This document shows, one piece after another, positions 48,521 through 57,753 of a DNA stretch of 64,000 nucleotides (position 1 is its first letter; each line of letters begins with the position of its first letter). A model generated the notes under the pieces. The model saw only the letters and a program-made list of their open reading frames with translations. It did no database searches and was not told the DNA's origin. The position numbers and the translations under genes are program-made. Source of the stretch: an uncultured Verrucomicrobiae bacterium (GTDB lineage Bacteria > Chlamydiota > Chlamydiia > Chlamydiales > Rhabdochlamydiaceae); assembly GCA_963806855.1 (NCBI GenBank), contig CAWDYW010000001.1, positions 416,001-480,000 on the forward strand, read 5' to 3'.

Positions 48521-48804
48521 AAAAAACGTTTAGGGATTTAGCGAAGACGAAGAGTCAAAGATGGGCCCAGGCTCGCAAGAGCGGTGAGAAACCGGTCCTG
48601 GAAGGGCTGGGCGTTTTTGGGATCATCGGATGGTCGGTGGTGATCCCGCTGCTGCTGGGCATCATGCTGGGAGTGTGGCTTAAATCTTACATCTGGACGC
48701 TGATCTTTTTAATTGCAGGTCTAGTGCTAGGTTGCATTTTAGCTTGGAAATTATCTATAAGAGAAATAACACCTAAGGATAAAAAAAATGGGAAACCTAA
48801 GTAG
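48517..48804 (+). CDS. atpQ: N-ATPase AtpQ (AtpZ/AtpI-like)
   Basis: GLGVFGIIGWSVVIPLLLGIMLGVWL; operon position. Confidence 0.8.
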
Positions 48805-49057
48805 TCTTGCTCTCGCTTTAGCGACTGGGTTGTCTGTGGGCTATTTTTACTTTTATGGTTTACATTGGACTGTCCGAAAAGCCTCTTCTTTTAAAAGGCC
48901 CATCCTCCTGTTTATTTCGAGTTTTTTTATCAGAACCGCTTGCGCCGGATGCATTTTTTACTTTGTCGGTAACGGAGATTTTATTAATTATGCCCTCATT
49001 TTGCTCGGATTTATTGTGTCGAGATTTATCTTTTTTAAGGTGCGTCGAATCACATGA
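48788..49057 (+). CDS. atpR: N-ATPase subunit AtpR
   Basis: YFYGLHWTVRK, SFFIR and GFIVSR. Confidence 0.85.
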   Translation: MGNLSSLALALATGLSVGYFYFYGLHWTVRKASSFKRPILLFISSFFIRTACAGCIFYFVGNGDFINYALILLGFIVSRFIFFKVRRIT

Positions 49058-49704
49058 ACATTACCCCAGATGATATCATCATTTTTCACAAGATCAATGC
49101 GACAATTTTGATGACTTGGATCAATATTGTCACTCTGGGACTATTGGGATGGATTGCCGGCCGCAGCAAATGGTTAGAGACAGTTTTCGATAGTCTAATC
49201 GACTACATGATCAGGCAGCTGAATGAAATTGGACTCCGCAATCCAGAAAAGTATATCCCGCTGCTCTGCAGTCTATTTCTCTTTATTACCTGGAGCGGGG
49301 TCTTGAGCATCGTCCCCGGTTATATCCCTCCGACGGGCTCTTTATCGACGACAGTGGCTCTGGCGATCACGGTGTTTATCGCCGTCCCTTATTTTTCTAT
49401 TTCAGAGAAGGGGTTTTGGGGCTACTTGAAAAACTACGTTCAGCCGTCGATTTTTGTCCTGCCCTTCCATATATTGAGCGAATTGACTCGGACAATCGCC
49501 TTGGCCGTGCGCCTTTTTGGGAATATGATGAGCGGCACCTTTGCGATCACCGTCATCATCGGCATCGTTCCCTTTTTTTTCCCGGTGTTATTTAATTTTC
49601 TCGGGCTCATTGTCAGCCTGATCCAAGCTTATATTTTTACTGTGCTCGCCTGCTTCTACATTGCAGCGGCTGCGCAAACTCATGAATTAAAACAAGGAAG
49701 TTAA
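49054..49704 (+). CDS. atpB: N-ATPase a subunit
   Basis: PPTGSLSTT, ALAVRLFGNM and IQAYIF. Confidence 0.95.
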   Translation: MNITPDDIIIFHKINATILMTWINIVTLGLLGWIAGRSKWLETVFDSLIDYMIRQLNEIGLRNPEKYIPLLCSLFLFITWSGVLSIVPGYIPPTGSLSTTVALAITVFIAVPYFSISEKGFWGYLKNYVQPSIFVLPFHILSELTRTIALAVRLFGNMMSGTFAITVIIGIVPFFFPVLFNFLGLIVSLIQAYIFTVLACFYIAAAAQTHELKQGS

Positions 49705-49706
49705 CG

Positions 49707-49973
49707 ATGGACTCAAAAACAATTATCGCCGTTGTGTCGCTGATTATATCTGGCCTGACGATGGCCATAGGATCAATAGGCCCAGCACTTGCCGAGGGGA
49801 GGGCAATCGACGCAGCCTTAAGGTCGATCGCGCAGCAACCCGATGTGGCTGCTTCGATCACCCGGACCCTCTTTGTCGGTCTGGCGATGATCGAATCGAT
49901 CGCCATCTATTGCTTGGTGATTGCGATCATCATCCTTTTTGCCAATCCATTCTGGAACGCCTATGCTCATTGA
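49707..49973 (+). CDS. atpE: N-ATPase c subunit
   Basis: GPALAEG, AQQP and AMIESIAIY. Confidence 0.96.
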   Translation: MDSKTIIAVVSLIISGLTMAIGSIGPALAEGRAIDAALRSIAQQPDVAASITRTLFVGLAMIESIAIYCLVIAIIILFANPFWNAYAH

Positions 49974-50652
49974 CTGGTTTGTCGTCGCAGCTCAGATTGT
50001 CAATTTCATCATTGTGATTGTGGTGCTGAAAATTTTCCTCTACAAACCGGTATTGGATAAAATCCATCAGCGGCAGAAGAAAATCAGCGATGAGCTACAA
50101 GATGCGGAGGCAAAACAAAAAAAGGCGAAGGCTCTCTTAAACAAAATGGAGCAGCAAAACAATGAGTTTGAACTGAAGAAAAAGGCCGAAAAAAAGCAGT
50201 TAGAAGAAAAAATAGACCTTTTGCATCGCCAACTGCTCGAGAATGCAAAGAGTGATGTGGCAAAACAAAGACAAGAATGGATCGATGATCTGAAACGGGA
50301 AGAAGAAGAGACCTACCGGGAATTTAAAAAACGGATCGTCGATGAGCTATTTGCCATTATCAGAACCTCGATCGAGTCGCTGGCCCATCTTTCCCTCGAA
50401 GAGGCCATTATCGGAGTCTTCTTGGCCCAAATGAAAGATCAACAGCTACCCCCATCTGCCCAGGTTCAAATCCATACTGCTTTAGAGATCCCTCTAGCTG
50501 TCCGTGAAAAAATTGAGGCCGCCTTGAACCTTCCCATCGAGTATGTAGTCAAACCTCAGCTGATCGCCGGGATCGAGCTCTGTATCGATGGAAAGAAATG
50601 GTCCTGGAATGTTGAAGATTATCTATCGAACCTGCAGAGATCGCTCGTATGA
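49963..50652 (+). CDS. atpF: N-ATPase b(-delta) subunit
   Basis: Start MLIDWFVVAAQIVNF...LYKP; C-terminal LIAGIEL delta-like segment. Confidence 0.9.
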   Translation: MLIDWFVVAAQIVNFIIVIVVLKIFLYKPVLDKIHQRQKKISDELQDAEAKQKKAKALLNKMEQQNNEFELKKKAEKKQLEEKIDLLHRQLLENAKSDVAKQRQEWIDDLKREEEETYREFKKRIVDELFAIIRTSIESLAHLSLEEAIIGVFLAQMKDQQLPPSAQVQIHTALEIPLAVREKIEAALNLPIEYVVKPQLIAGIELCIDGKKWSWNVEDYLSNLQRSLV

Positions 50653-52115
50653 ATGGCCCCATTAAACAGATCGTCTCCTCCACTTTAGATTCGCTGCAGA
50701 AAAAAGAAGAGGCCCACTTAGGTGAAAAAAATGTAGGCGTCGTCATCGCCGTGCTAAACGGCGTGGCGATTGTCAAGGGTTTGCGGTGGGTTGGATTTGA
50801 TGAGCTGGTCATCATTGACGGCAAGTACACAGGCTTTGCCTTTCAACTCCAGGAGGATCAGGTTGGAGTGGTGCTGCTCGACGATAGCTCGCTGATCTCG
50901 GCTGGCATGGAAGCTGAGCGGCTCGATCGGATCATCGATGTCCCCGTTGGAGAAGAGTTGATCGGACGGGTGATCGACGGTAAGGGAAATCCGCTCGATG
51001 AAAAAGGGGCAATCCAAACAGAGAATCGGGCCCCCATTTATCGGGAGGCGGCGGCTATTATCGATCGACAAGCGGTGACGGTGCCACTGCAAACCGGGAT
51101 CAAAGTGATCGATGCGATTATCCCGATCGGACATGGGCAGCGGGAACTGATCCTCGGCGACAAGCAGACTGGGAAAACCTCCATCGCCATCGACATGATC
51201 GTCAATCAAAAAGATACAGATGTCATCTGCGTCTACTGCTCCATCGGCCAGCGGCTCTCCTCGGTCGCCAAAGTGATCGACGATCTCAAGAGCAAAGATG
51301 CGATGAAAAATACGATCGTCGTCGTCGCAGGTGGAGAGCAGAGCCCGGGACTACGCTATATCACCCCCTACGCAGCGACCAGCATCGCCGAATATTTCAC
51401 CTACAAAGGCAAGAAAACCCTCATTATCTATGACGATTTGACGAGTCACGCTGGTGCCTACCGGGAGCTATCGCTATTGCTCAGAAGACCACCGGGGCGT
51501 GAGGCCTATCCGGGTGACATCTTTTATATCCATGCGAAATTGCTGGAGCGGGCGACCCATTTGTCAGAAGCGCTCGGCGGAGGCTCGATGACCGCTATTC
51601 CCATTGCCACCACCAAAACGCAGGATATTGCCGCCTACATCCCCACCAACCTCATCTCGATCACCGATGGGCAAATTTTCCTTTCTACCGATCTCTTTGA
51701 GCGGGGGAACTTGCCGGCGATAGACATTGGGAAATCGGTCTCTCGAGTCGGCGGGAAGGCTCAAATTGGCGTCTATCGAGAGATCACGAGAAGTTTAAAA
51801 TTGAGAATTGCTCAGTTTGAAGAGCTCGAGGTATTTGCTCGCTTTGAAGCGCAGCTCGATGAAGCCACCCAGGCGATCTTGAATCATGGCAAGCGGATTC
51901 GTTGGTGCTTGACCCAAAAGCGGCTCGATCCTTTAGATGTAAAGATGCAGATTCTGATTCTTCTGACATCTCTTGAAGGGTTGCTCGATAAAATCCCTCT
52001 GGATCAGCTGCCTGAAGTGGAAGCGAAGATCAGAGAGGTGCAGATCCCCGATACATTACTGAACACTCCAGAGTTTAAAAAGTCGCTCCTCAAATTAGTC
52101 CGAGAAGTCCTATGA
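50649..52115 (+). CDS. atpA: N-ATPase alpha subunit
   Basis: GQRELILGDKQTGKT and RRPPGREAYPGD. Confidence 0.96.
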   Translation: MNGPIKQIVSSTLDSLQKKEEAHLGEKNVGVVIAVLNGVAIVKGLRWVGFDELVIIDGKYTGFAFQLQEDQVGVVLLDDSSLISAGMEAERLDRIIDVPVGEELIGRVIDGKGNPLDEKGAIQTENRAPIYREAAAIIDRQAVTVPLQTGIKVIDAIIPIGHGQRELILGDKQTGKTSIAIDMIVNQKDTDVICVYCSIGQRLSSVAKVIDDLKSKDAMKNTIVVVAGGEQSPGLRYITPYAATSIAEYFTYKGKKTLIIYDDLTSHAGAYRELSLLLRRPPGREAYPGDIFYIHAKLLERATHLSEALGGGSMTAIPIATTKTQDIAAYIPTNLISITDGQIFLSTDLFERGNLPAIDIGKSVSRVGGKAQIGVYREITRSLKLRIAQFEELEVFARFEAQLDEATQAILNHGKRIRWCLTQKRLDPLDVKMQILILLTSLEGLLDKIPLDQLPEVEAKIREVQIPDTLLNTPEFKKSLLKLVREVL

Positions 52116-52981
52116 GCGAACAGACCCAAGCGATCAAAAAGAAGATTAAGAATGGGCAGACCCTGAAAACAATCACCAAAACGCTCAAAATCCTATCGGC
52201 AATCAACCGCACCTCCTATGAAAAGATCGTCAAATCGCTCGAGGAGTATCACCAAGCGATCGAGCTTGGGCTGATTGCCGTTATGATCAATTCCCCAAAG
52301 AGCTCCGTTCAGATTAAAAAAACCGCTGTGAAACGGATTGGAGCAGTCTTTTTTGGCACCGATCTTGGGCTCGTCGGCCACTTCAATGAGGCGCTGGTCC
52401 AATTTGCCCTCGCCCAATTGAAAGAAATCCCTGGAGAGAAGGTCATCTGGCCAGTTGGAGAGATCCTCTACCATCGATTAAGAGAGCAGCAGCAGCTTCA
52501 GTTGATGCCTCTGTATCATGTTCCGGTTTCATCTGATTACATCTTGCCCCTTTTATCCCAGCTGCAAACGAGCATCGAAAATGAGATCGAAACCTTAGAT
52601 GAGCTCTATATTTTCTATAATGAATCGCCTGGATTTGTAAGCTTCAAGCCAGTTGTTTCCAGGCTCCTGCCGATCGATGAGAAATGGCTCAATCAATATG
52701 CGAGCAAGCGCTGGCCCGATAATCAAATCCCCGAACTGATCGATGGGACAGAGGAGACTTTTTTTAGGTTAATTAAAGAGTATGTATTCATCGAGATCTA
52801 TCGCACCTGCGCCAAGTCGCTCTTTAGCGAAAATTCGGCCCGCTTTATTTACATGAAAGTGGCCGAGAAAAATATCGAAGAACAACTGCAACATCTGCAA
52901 CTGGACTATAACCGGGCGCGCAGGGATTCCATCGATAGAGAACTCTCCGACATCATCTCTGGGTTCGAAGCATTAAGCTAG
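52112..52981 (+). CDS. atpG: N-ATPase gamma subunit
   Basis: GTDLGLVGHFN, SENSARF and terminal ELSDIISGFEAL. Confidence 0.92.
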   Translation: MSEQTQAIKKKIKNGQTLKTITKTLKILSAINRTSYEKIVKSLEEYHQAIELGLIAVMINSPKSSVQIKKTAVKRIGAVFFGTDLGLVGHFNEALVQFALAQLKEIPGEKVIWPVGEILYHRLREQQQLQLMPLYHVPVSSDYILPLLSQLQTSIENEIETLDELYIFYNESPGFVSFKPVVSRLLPIDEKWLNQYASKRWPDNQIPELIDGTEETFFRLIKEYVFIEIYRTCAKSLFSENSARFIYMKVAEKNIEEQLQHLQLDYNRARRDSIDRELSDIISGFEALS

Positions 52982-53133
52982 TGCAGGAGATTCAATCGTG
53001 ACGATTTTCCTGAAGTTTCTAGGCCGACTCATTAAGTATCAGACCTGATGAAAAAATGTCGCTATCAATAAAATCCCAACATATAAAAGACAATCTCATC
53101 TATTATTCTATAGCTGAGAACAACCAAAAATAG

Positions 53134-54432
53134 GTGGAAAGAATGATCGAAGCATCTAGTCTGCTTTACCCCTTGATCTTGACAGTATTTGGCCTTGGAT
53201 ATTTGGCCATCACTTTAGAATATACAATCAAAGTGAATAAAACGGCTGTAGCGCTCCTCATTGCGGTTCTCTGCTGGATCATCTACTTCGCAACTACTGC
53301 CGCGCCTCTGGATAAAAATCTTCAAATCCTAGGCCAACATGTTACCGATATCTCGCAGATCATCTTCTTCTTAATCGGGGCAATGACTATCGTCGAACTA
53401 ATCGATTCCCATAAAGGGTTTAAAGTGATCACCAACCTCATCCAGACCAATTCCAAAAGAAAAATGATTTGGGTGATTGCGTTGATCACTTTTTTCCTCT
53501 CAGCAGTTCTTGACAACTTAACCACAACGATAATGATGATCTCTCTTTTGCGCAAAATGATCCCGATTAGACATGAGCGGTTTTTGATCAGCTGCATTGT
53601 CATCGTTTCTGCAAATGCGGGTGGAGCATGGTCGCCCATAGGGGATATTACAACCACAATGTTGTGGATCAATGGACAGATCTCTTCCTTAAAAGTGATG
53701 CAATCGCTTTTCTTGCCTAGTGTGATTTCCTTGCTTATCCCATTACTCTATTATTTATTTCAGCAGAAAGGAAAATACACGCAACCTACACTTGAAGAAC
53801 TGGATGGAACAACAGAGCCTGGCGCCCGATTGGTTTTTTTTATTGGAATGGGAGCATTGGTCTTTGTCCCCATTTTCAAAACTCTTACTGGTCTGCCCCC
53901 CTTCATGTGCGTCTTTCTTGGAGTGGCAATCCTCTGGCTTGTCACCGACCTTTTGCACCATAAATATGAAGAGCGGCATCACTTAAGAATCCCCACCATT
54001 TTGACAAAAATCGACACAGCGGGTGTTCTCTTTTTCCTAGGAATACTTCTCTGCATTAGTGCTCTAGAAACTGCCGGAATACTATCTGAGCTTGCACACT
54101 GGTTGAATAGAGAGATTCAAAACCAAGTGTTCATCGCCACTATAATCGGAGCATTATCGGCAATTATTGATAACGTTCCAATAGTAGCCGGCACCATGGG
54201 CATGTATCCCCTTTCAGAAGTCCCAATGGATTCTTCTCTCTGGCACATGATTGCCTATGCCGCCGGAACAGGAGGTAGCATGCTGATCATCGGCTCCTCT
54301 GCGGGGGTCGCTTTGATGGGCCTAGAGAACGTGGACTTCATCTCCTATATGCGCAAGATGAGCATCCCCGTCCTCATCGGCTATTTAGCAGGAATGGGGG
54401 TTATAGTGCTTCAGAGCTATATTTTCTCCTAA
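53134..54432 (+). CDS. nhaD: Na+/H+ antiporter, NhaD family
   Basis: LSAVLDNLTT, ANAGGAWSPIGDITT, SAIIDNVP and GGSMLIIGSSAG. Confidence 0.92.
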   Translation: MERMIEASSLLYPLILTVFGLGYLAITLEYTIKVNKTAVALLIAVLCWIIYFATTAAPLDKNLQILGQHVTDISQIIFFLIGAMTIVELIDSHKGFKVITNLIQTNSKRKMIWVIALITFFLSAVLDNLTTTIMMISLLRKMIPIRHERFLISCIVIVSANAGGAWSPIGDITTTMLWINGQISSLKVMQSLFLPSVISLLIPLLYYLFQQKGKYTQPTLEELDGTTEPGARLVFFIGMGALVFVPIFKTLTGLPPFMCVFLGVAILWLVTDLLHHKYEERHHLRIPTILTKIDTAGVLFFLGILLCISALETAGILSELAHWLNREIQNQVFIATIIGALSAIIDNVPIVAGTMGMYPLSEVPMDSSLWHMIAYAAGTGGSMLIIGSSAGVALMGLENVDFISYMRKMSIPVLIGYLAGMGVIVLQSYIFS

Positions 54433-54447
54433 AAATGCATCCTAATT

Positions 54448-54489
54448 GGTCGCGGTAGGGAGTCGATTTTTCGACGCCCTACAGCGACC
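54448..54489. terminator. GC-rich hairpin (terminator or GTAG-type REP-like)
   Basis: GGTCGCGGTAGGGAGTCGA-TTTT-TCGACGCCCTACAGCGACC between convergent genes. Confidence 0.55.
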
Positions 54490-54492
54490 TGA

Positions 54493-54521
54493 CAATTGAA
54501 ATATCCAACGGTTGGACATTT
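54493..54521. repeat. 29-bp palindromic direct repeat, copy 1
   Basis: CAATTGAAATATCCAACGGTTGGACATTT. Confidence 0.75.
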
Positions 54522-54611
54522 GGCACATTTTTATGGAGAGAAAACACCTATTTATTGTGAAACGCCAAGCTAATGCAACGCAGGTCTATATATGCGCGAG
54601 AAATCACAAAA

Positions 54612-55607
54612 TCACTCTTCTTTTGAGGAATCCTCTTCATGAACAATAACTAGCATGGAAATTGTACCTGGATAAAGGTGGGCAGGATGAGGAGTCGGGT
54701 CTACACCTACCGGCACCATTCGCCTGTCCGCCACTTGAGCGGCTTCATTCAATTCTCTATCTAGCTGACAACACATAATTGTATATTTTTCTTCGCCATT
54801 TTCTAGAAATTCTAATGTCGAGTATTCAAATTCGACCACCTCTCCTTTGAGGAATTGAACAAACCTCGGATCAATCTTATCTAATTTATTCCGCCAAGAA
54901 TAGGGCGATAGTGGACATGTCCCAACTAGATAATTTTCTATATTTGTATATCTTTGGAAAATGACATATGCTGCAATTTTTTTGTCTTCCGCGTTTTCTT
55001 TTTCCCAAAATAACATCCTGCAGGCAAGAAACGCGCGACCAGTATTGTCTCGTCCCCACATTACAGGCTTTGTTAAATCGGCAGAACCAATACCATCAAT
55101 GTGGCCTGTAAAACCCACATAGCGAGCATCCCAGGGTAACTTATCTGAATCTGATAAGGTATGCCCCGCATTAAATCGACAAATTAATACCAGTCTTTTC
55201 CAGTTTAATTCTCCTTCAATCAAAGATTCTTGAAATCTCTGTTTAGAATCAGGGGTCTTACACATAGATTCGGCTAGCCCAAGCAGATCTCGAGAATATC
55301 CATCCAAAGGACCTCCGACTATGAATTTGCCAAAAGTGACTGCCTTTGGAGCCCCTTGCTCAACCCCTTCCTCATCTTCACTATCCAGTTCTTGCAAAAC
55401 CACTTCCCTCTCTTGAGCTTCCACATGGCGACTTGACATCGGTTTTGACGCTCCCTCTTCAGGGCGATACATTCTCTTCAGAATACAGAATCCTAGAACC
55501 ACTGTGCCCGTTAAAACCGCAAAGCCAGCTGGAACTCCATAGGCCTGATTACAAAAAGAGGGATTAAAAACTGCATTGCAAGCTTTGGTTCCGATCTGTG
55601 TGAGCAT
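54612..55607 (-). CDS. Hypothetical protein with an N-terminal TM helix and acidic linker (putative effector)
   Basis: 331-aa ORF with a GGAGA RBS; TM VPAGFAVLTGTVVLGFCIL. Confidence 0.7.
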   Translation of the reverse strand: MLTQIGTKACNAVFNPSFCNQAYGVPAGFAVLTGTVVLGFCILKRMYRPEEGASKPMSSRHVEAQEREVVLQELDSEDEEGVEQGAPKAVTFGKFIVGGPLDGYSRDLLGLAESMCKTPDSKQRFQESLIEGELNWKRLVLICRFNAGHTLSDSDKLPWDARYVGFTGHIDGIGSADLTKPVMWGRDNTGRAFLACRMLFWEKENAEDKKIAAYVIFQRYTNIENYLVGTCPLSPYSWRNKLDKIDPRFVQFLKGEVVEFEYSTLEFLENGEEKYTIMCCQLDRELNEAAQVADRRMVPVGVDPTPHPAHLYPGTISMLVIVHEEDSSKEE

Positions 55608-55767
55608 TTATTTTTCTCCGCTTAAAGATTACGTTTTGGTCGAAAAGCATGATACAAAAGAGGCCTGTTTACTACAAAAAGAATCGCTACAGGGTCTCTT
55701 GAATTTTCCTTTGGATTAATGACCGAGCATACTTAAAGCCTTTCATGCACCCAAGTCAATCCATCGT

Positions 55768-55796
55768 CAAATGAAATGTCCAACGGTTGGACGTTT
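55768..55796. repeat. 29-bp palindromic direct repeat, copy 2
   Basis: CAAATGAAATGTCCAACGGTTGGACGTTT (26/29 identical to copy 1). Confidence 0.75.
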
Positions 55797-56305
55797 ACCA
55801 AAAAATCAGATTGAGAGAAACCCCATACAGGATTAATACAATACGGAAAAATTTCAATAGAGGTAAATATGTCACAAGTTGCACCACCATATGCCGGCAA
55901 TGTACCGCCATTCGATTCATTTATATAAACGACACATACACCGATGATAAATATCTGTTTAGGGTCGATCGCGGAGAGCTTGGCGTTTACAGAATAGTTG
56001 TAGATATCCACCACATCACGACGGATGCTAACACAGCAGAGGAAGGGGACATGGCTTCGCGAATGTTAGGAGTACCCCCTGGTCAAGTGATAGAGTCAAC
56101 AGAAACACTCGAAAACATCAGGCTTGTGACTAATCCCCGAACATCTAGAGAAGATGTGGAAGACTTAGAAAATCTAGTTGATCATGATTTTCAAAGAATG
56201 TGCGGCAAGCTGTCTTATATTTTCGGTCAATTTCGCAATCTCGAAGTTGGGGGTCGAGAGCCCTTTATGAAAAAACTAGGCAATCGCTTGCTCGTCAAAT
56301 TCTAG
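55787..56305 (+). CDS. Hypothetical protein (start uncertain)
   Basis: 172-aa ORF only; no motif recognised. Confidence 0.4.
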   Translation: MDVYQKIRLRETPYRINTIRKNFNRGKYVTSCTTICRQCTAIRFIYINDTYTDDKYLFRVDRGELGVYRIVVDIHHITTDANTAEEGDMASRMLGVPPGQVIESTETLENIRLVTNPRTSREDVEDLENLVDHDFQRMCGKLSYIFGQFRNLEVGGREPFMKKLGNRLLVKF

Positions 56306-56357
56306 ACACGCGGGTATGTCCTCCTCTTTGAGCCTCAGCACATCATTCCAATCTCCG

Positions 56358-57692
56358 CTAGACACCTTGGACAGCGAGCTTTTTCTTCCTACCCACAACA
56401 TGTTCTCTGTCGGGGTGAAGGAACAAGATCACGACGACTACAGCGACGATCGTCATCCCTGCAAGCAGTAGGAATGCGGTGCTGAAGTTCCCGGTGAGGT
56501 CCACAAGCCAGCCTGTAGCTACAGGGGCTATGATTCCAGCTAGAGAGAGACAGCTAGAGGTGATTCCTTGGGCGGAGCCAGCTTTTTCTTTAGCCACATC
56601 GATGTTGATGCTGAAGAATGCAGACTGGGGCATCATGCCAAAACCGATTCCTAGGCTCAAGAACAGGAGCGAATAACCCAGCGTCGATGTAAAGCTTAGG
56701 CAAATAAAGAAAATCGCCGCCAACAGTTGGGTAATCCAAATCAGGTGTCCTCTTGCCAGGCGCGATCTTCCTGTTTTTTGATAAAGTTTATCAGAGATGA
56801 TCCCGCCAATCTTTAAAAAGAGGGCTCCGGTGAGCCAAGGGATCGTTAAATACCAGCCGACACTTTTTAGATTGAGGCCAAATTTCGATAGGAAATAGCC
56901 GGGCAGCCAAAGGGTCGCAAAGAAGAGCATATAGCCAAATGCGAAGTAGGCAATGTTATTGGCAATGAGCGCTGGGTGGGTGAGGATGAATTTCCAGTTA
57001 ATATGGGCGTCTTTGTTTCTTTGAGAGGAGTTAGAATCGGCCTGAATCAGCGCAAGCTCATTTTCCGATACCCTTGGGGAGTCTTTTGGATCATCTCGAA
57101 AGAAGAAATACCAGATAAATCCCCAAATGATCCCTACAGAGCTAATGGCAAAGAACATGATTCTCCAGCCAAAGTCAGCAACGAGGTAGGAGGTAATCGG
57201 CGCGCCGACGACAGCAGAGAGGGGAATGGCGACGAGGCCAAAAGAGAGGGCTCTTGCTCTTTCTTTAGGAGGAAGCCATCTGCTAATCGATCTAGACATA
57301 GCTGGGAAGTGGGGGCCTTCGGTAATTCCAAGGAGAAAGCGGATTCCAATGAAGCTCCAGAAGCCGACGGCGAGGCCGAGAAAGCCGACGCAAAGGGACC
57401 AGGTGATCGCAGCGATCGGCCACATCGTTCTCGGGCCAAATTTATCGACAAGCCAGCCGCCAAGAGCTGTCAGGAGCATATAGCCTAAACCAAATGCCGA
57501 CAGGATCATGCCGAATTGTGTGTCGGTAAATTGAAACTCTTTCTTCAGAGGTTCGATAACGAAGGAAATCGCAGATCTATCGATAAAGTTGATGAGAGTA
57601 ATGAAAAAGATAAGAAAAGCGACAAACCAGCGGTAATGAGTGGTTTCTTTTTTTTTCACGTGCCAAGACCTTGTGCAAACAATCAAAGGCAC
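56358..57692 (-). CDS. MFS transporter, anion:cation symporter (ACS)-like
   Basis: INFIDRS, GGWLVDKFGPR, RFLLGITEGPHFP and W.PPKERA. Confidence 0.92.
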   Translation of the reverse strand: MPLIVCTRSWHVKKKETTHYRWFVAFLIFFITLINFIDRSAISFVIEPLKKEFQFTDTQFGMILSAFGLGYMLLTALGGWLVDKFGPRTMWPIAAITWSLCVGFLGLAVGFWSFIGIRFLLGITEGPHFPAMSRSISRWLPPKERARALSFGLVAIPLSAVVGAPITSYLVADFGWRIMFFAISSVGIIWGFIWYFFFRDDPKDSPRVSENELALIQADSNSSQRNKDAHINWKFILTHPALIANNIAYFAFGYMLFFATLWLPGYFLSKFGLNLKSVGWYLTIPWLTGALFLKIGGIISDKLYQKTGRSRLARGHLIWITQLLAAIFFICLSFTSTLGYSLLFLSLGIGFGMMPQSAFFSINIDVAKEKAGSAQGITSSCLSLAGIIAPVATGWLVDLTGNFSTAFLLLAGMTIVAVVVVILFLHPDREHVVGRKKKLAVQGV

Positions 57693-57753
57693 AGTATCTC
57701 ATAAATGTCTTTTTTCCGTGAGCAGATTCTTCCGCTAAATTGTATAAAAAAAA

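Noticed and set aside
55733..56014. 93-aa - strand ORF
   Set aside because: It overlaps the longer + strand ORF and has no motif or RBS support.
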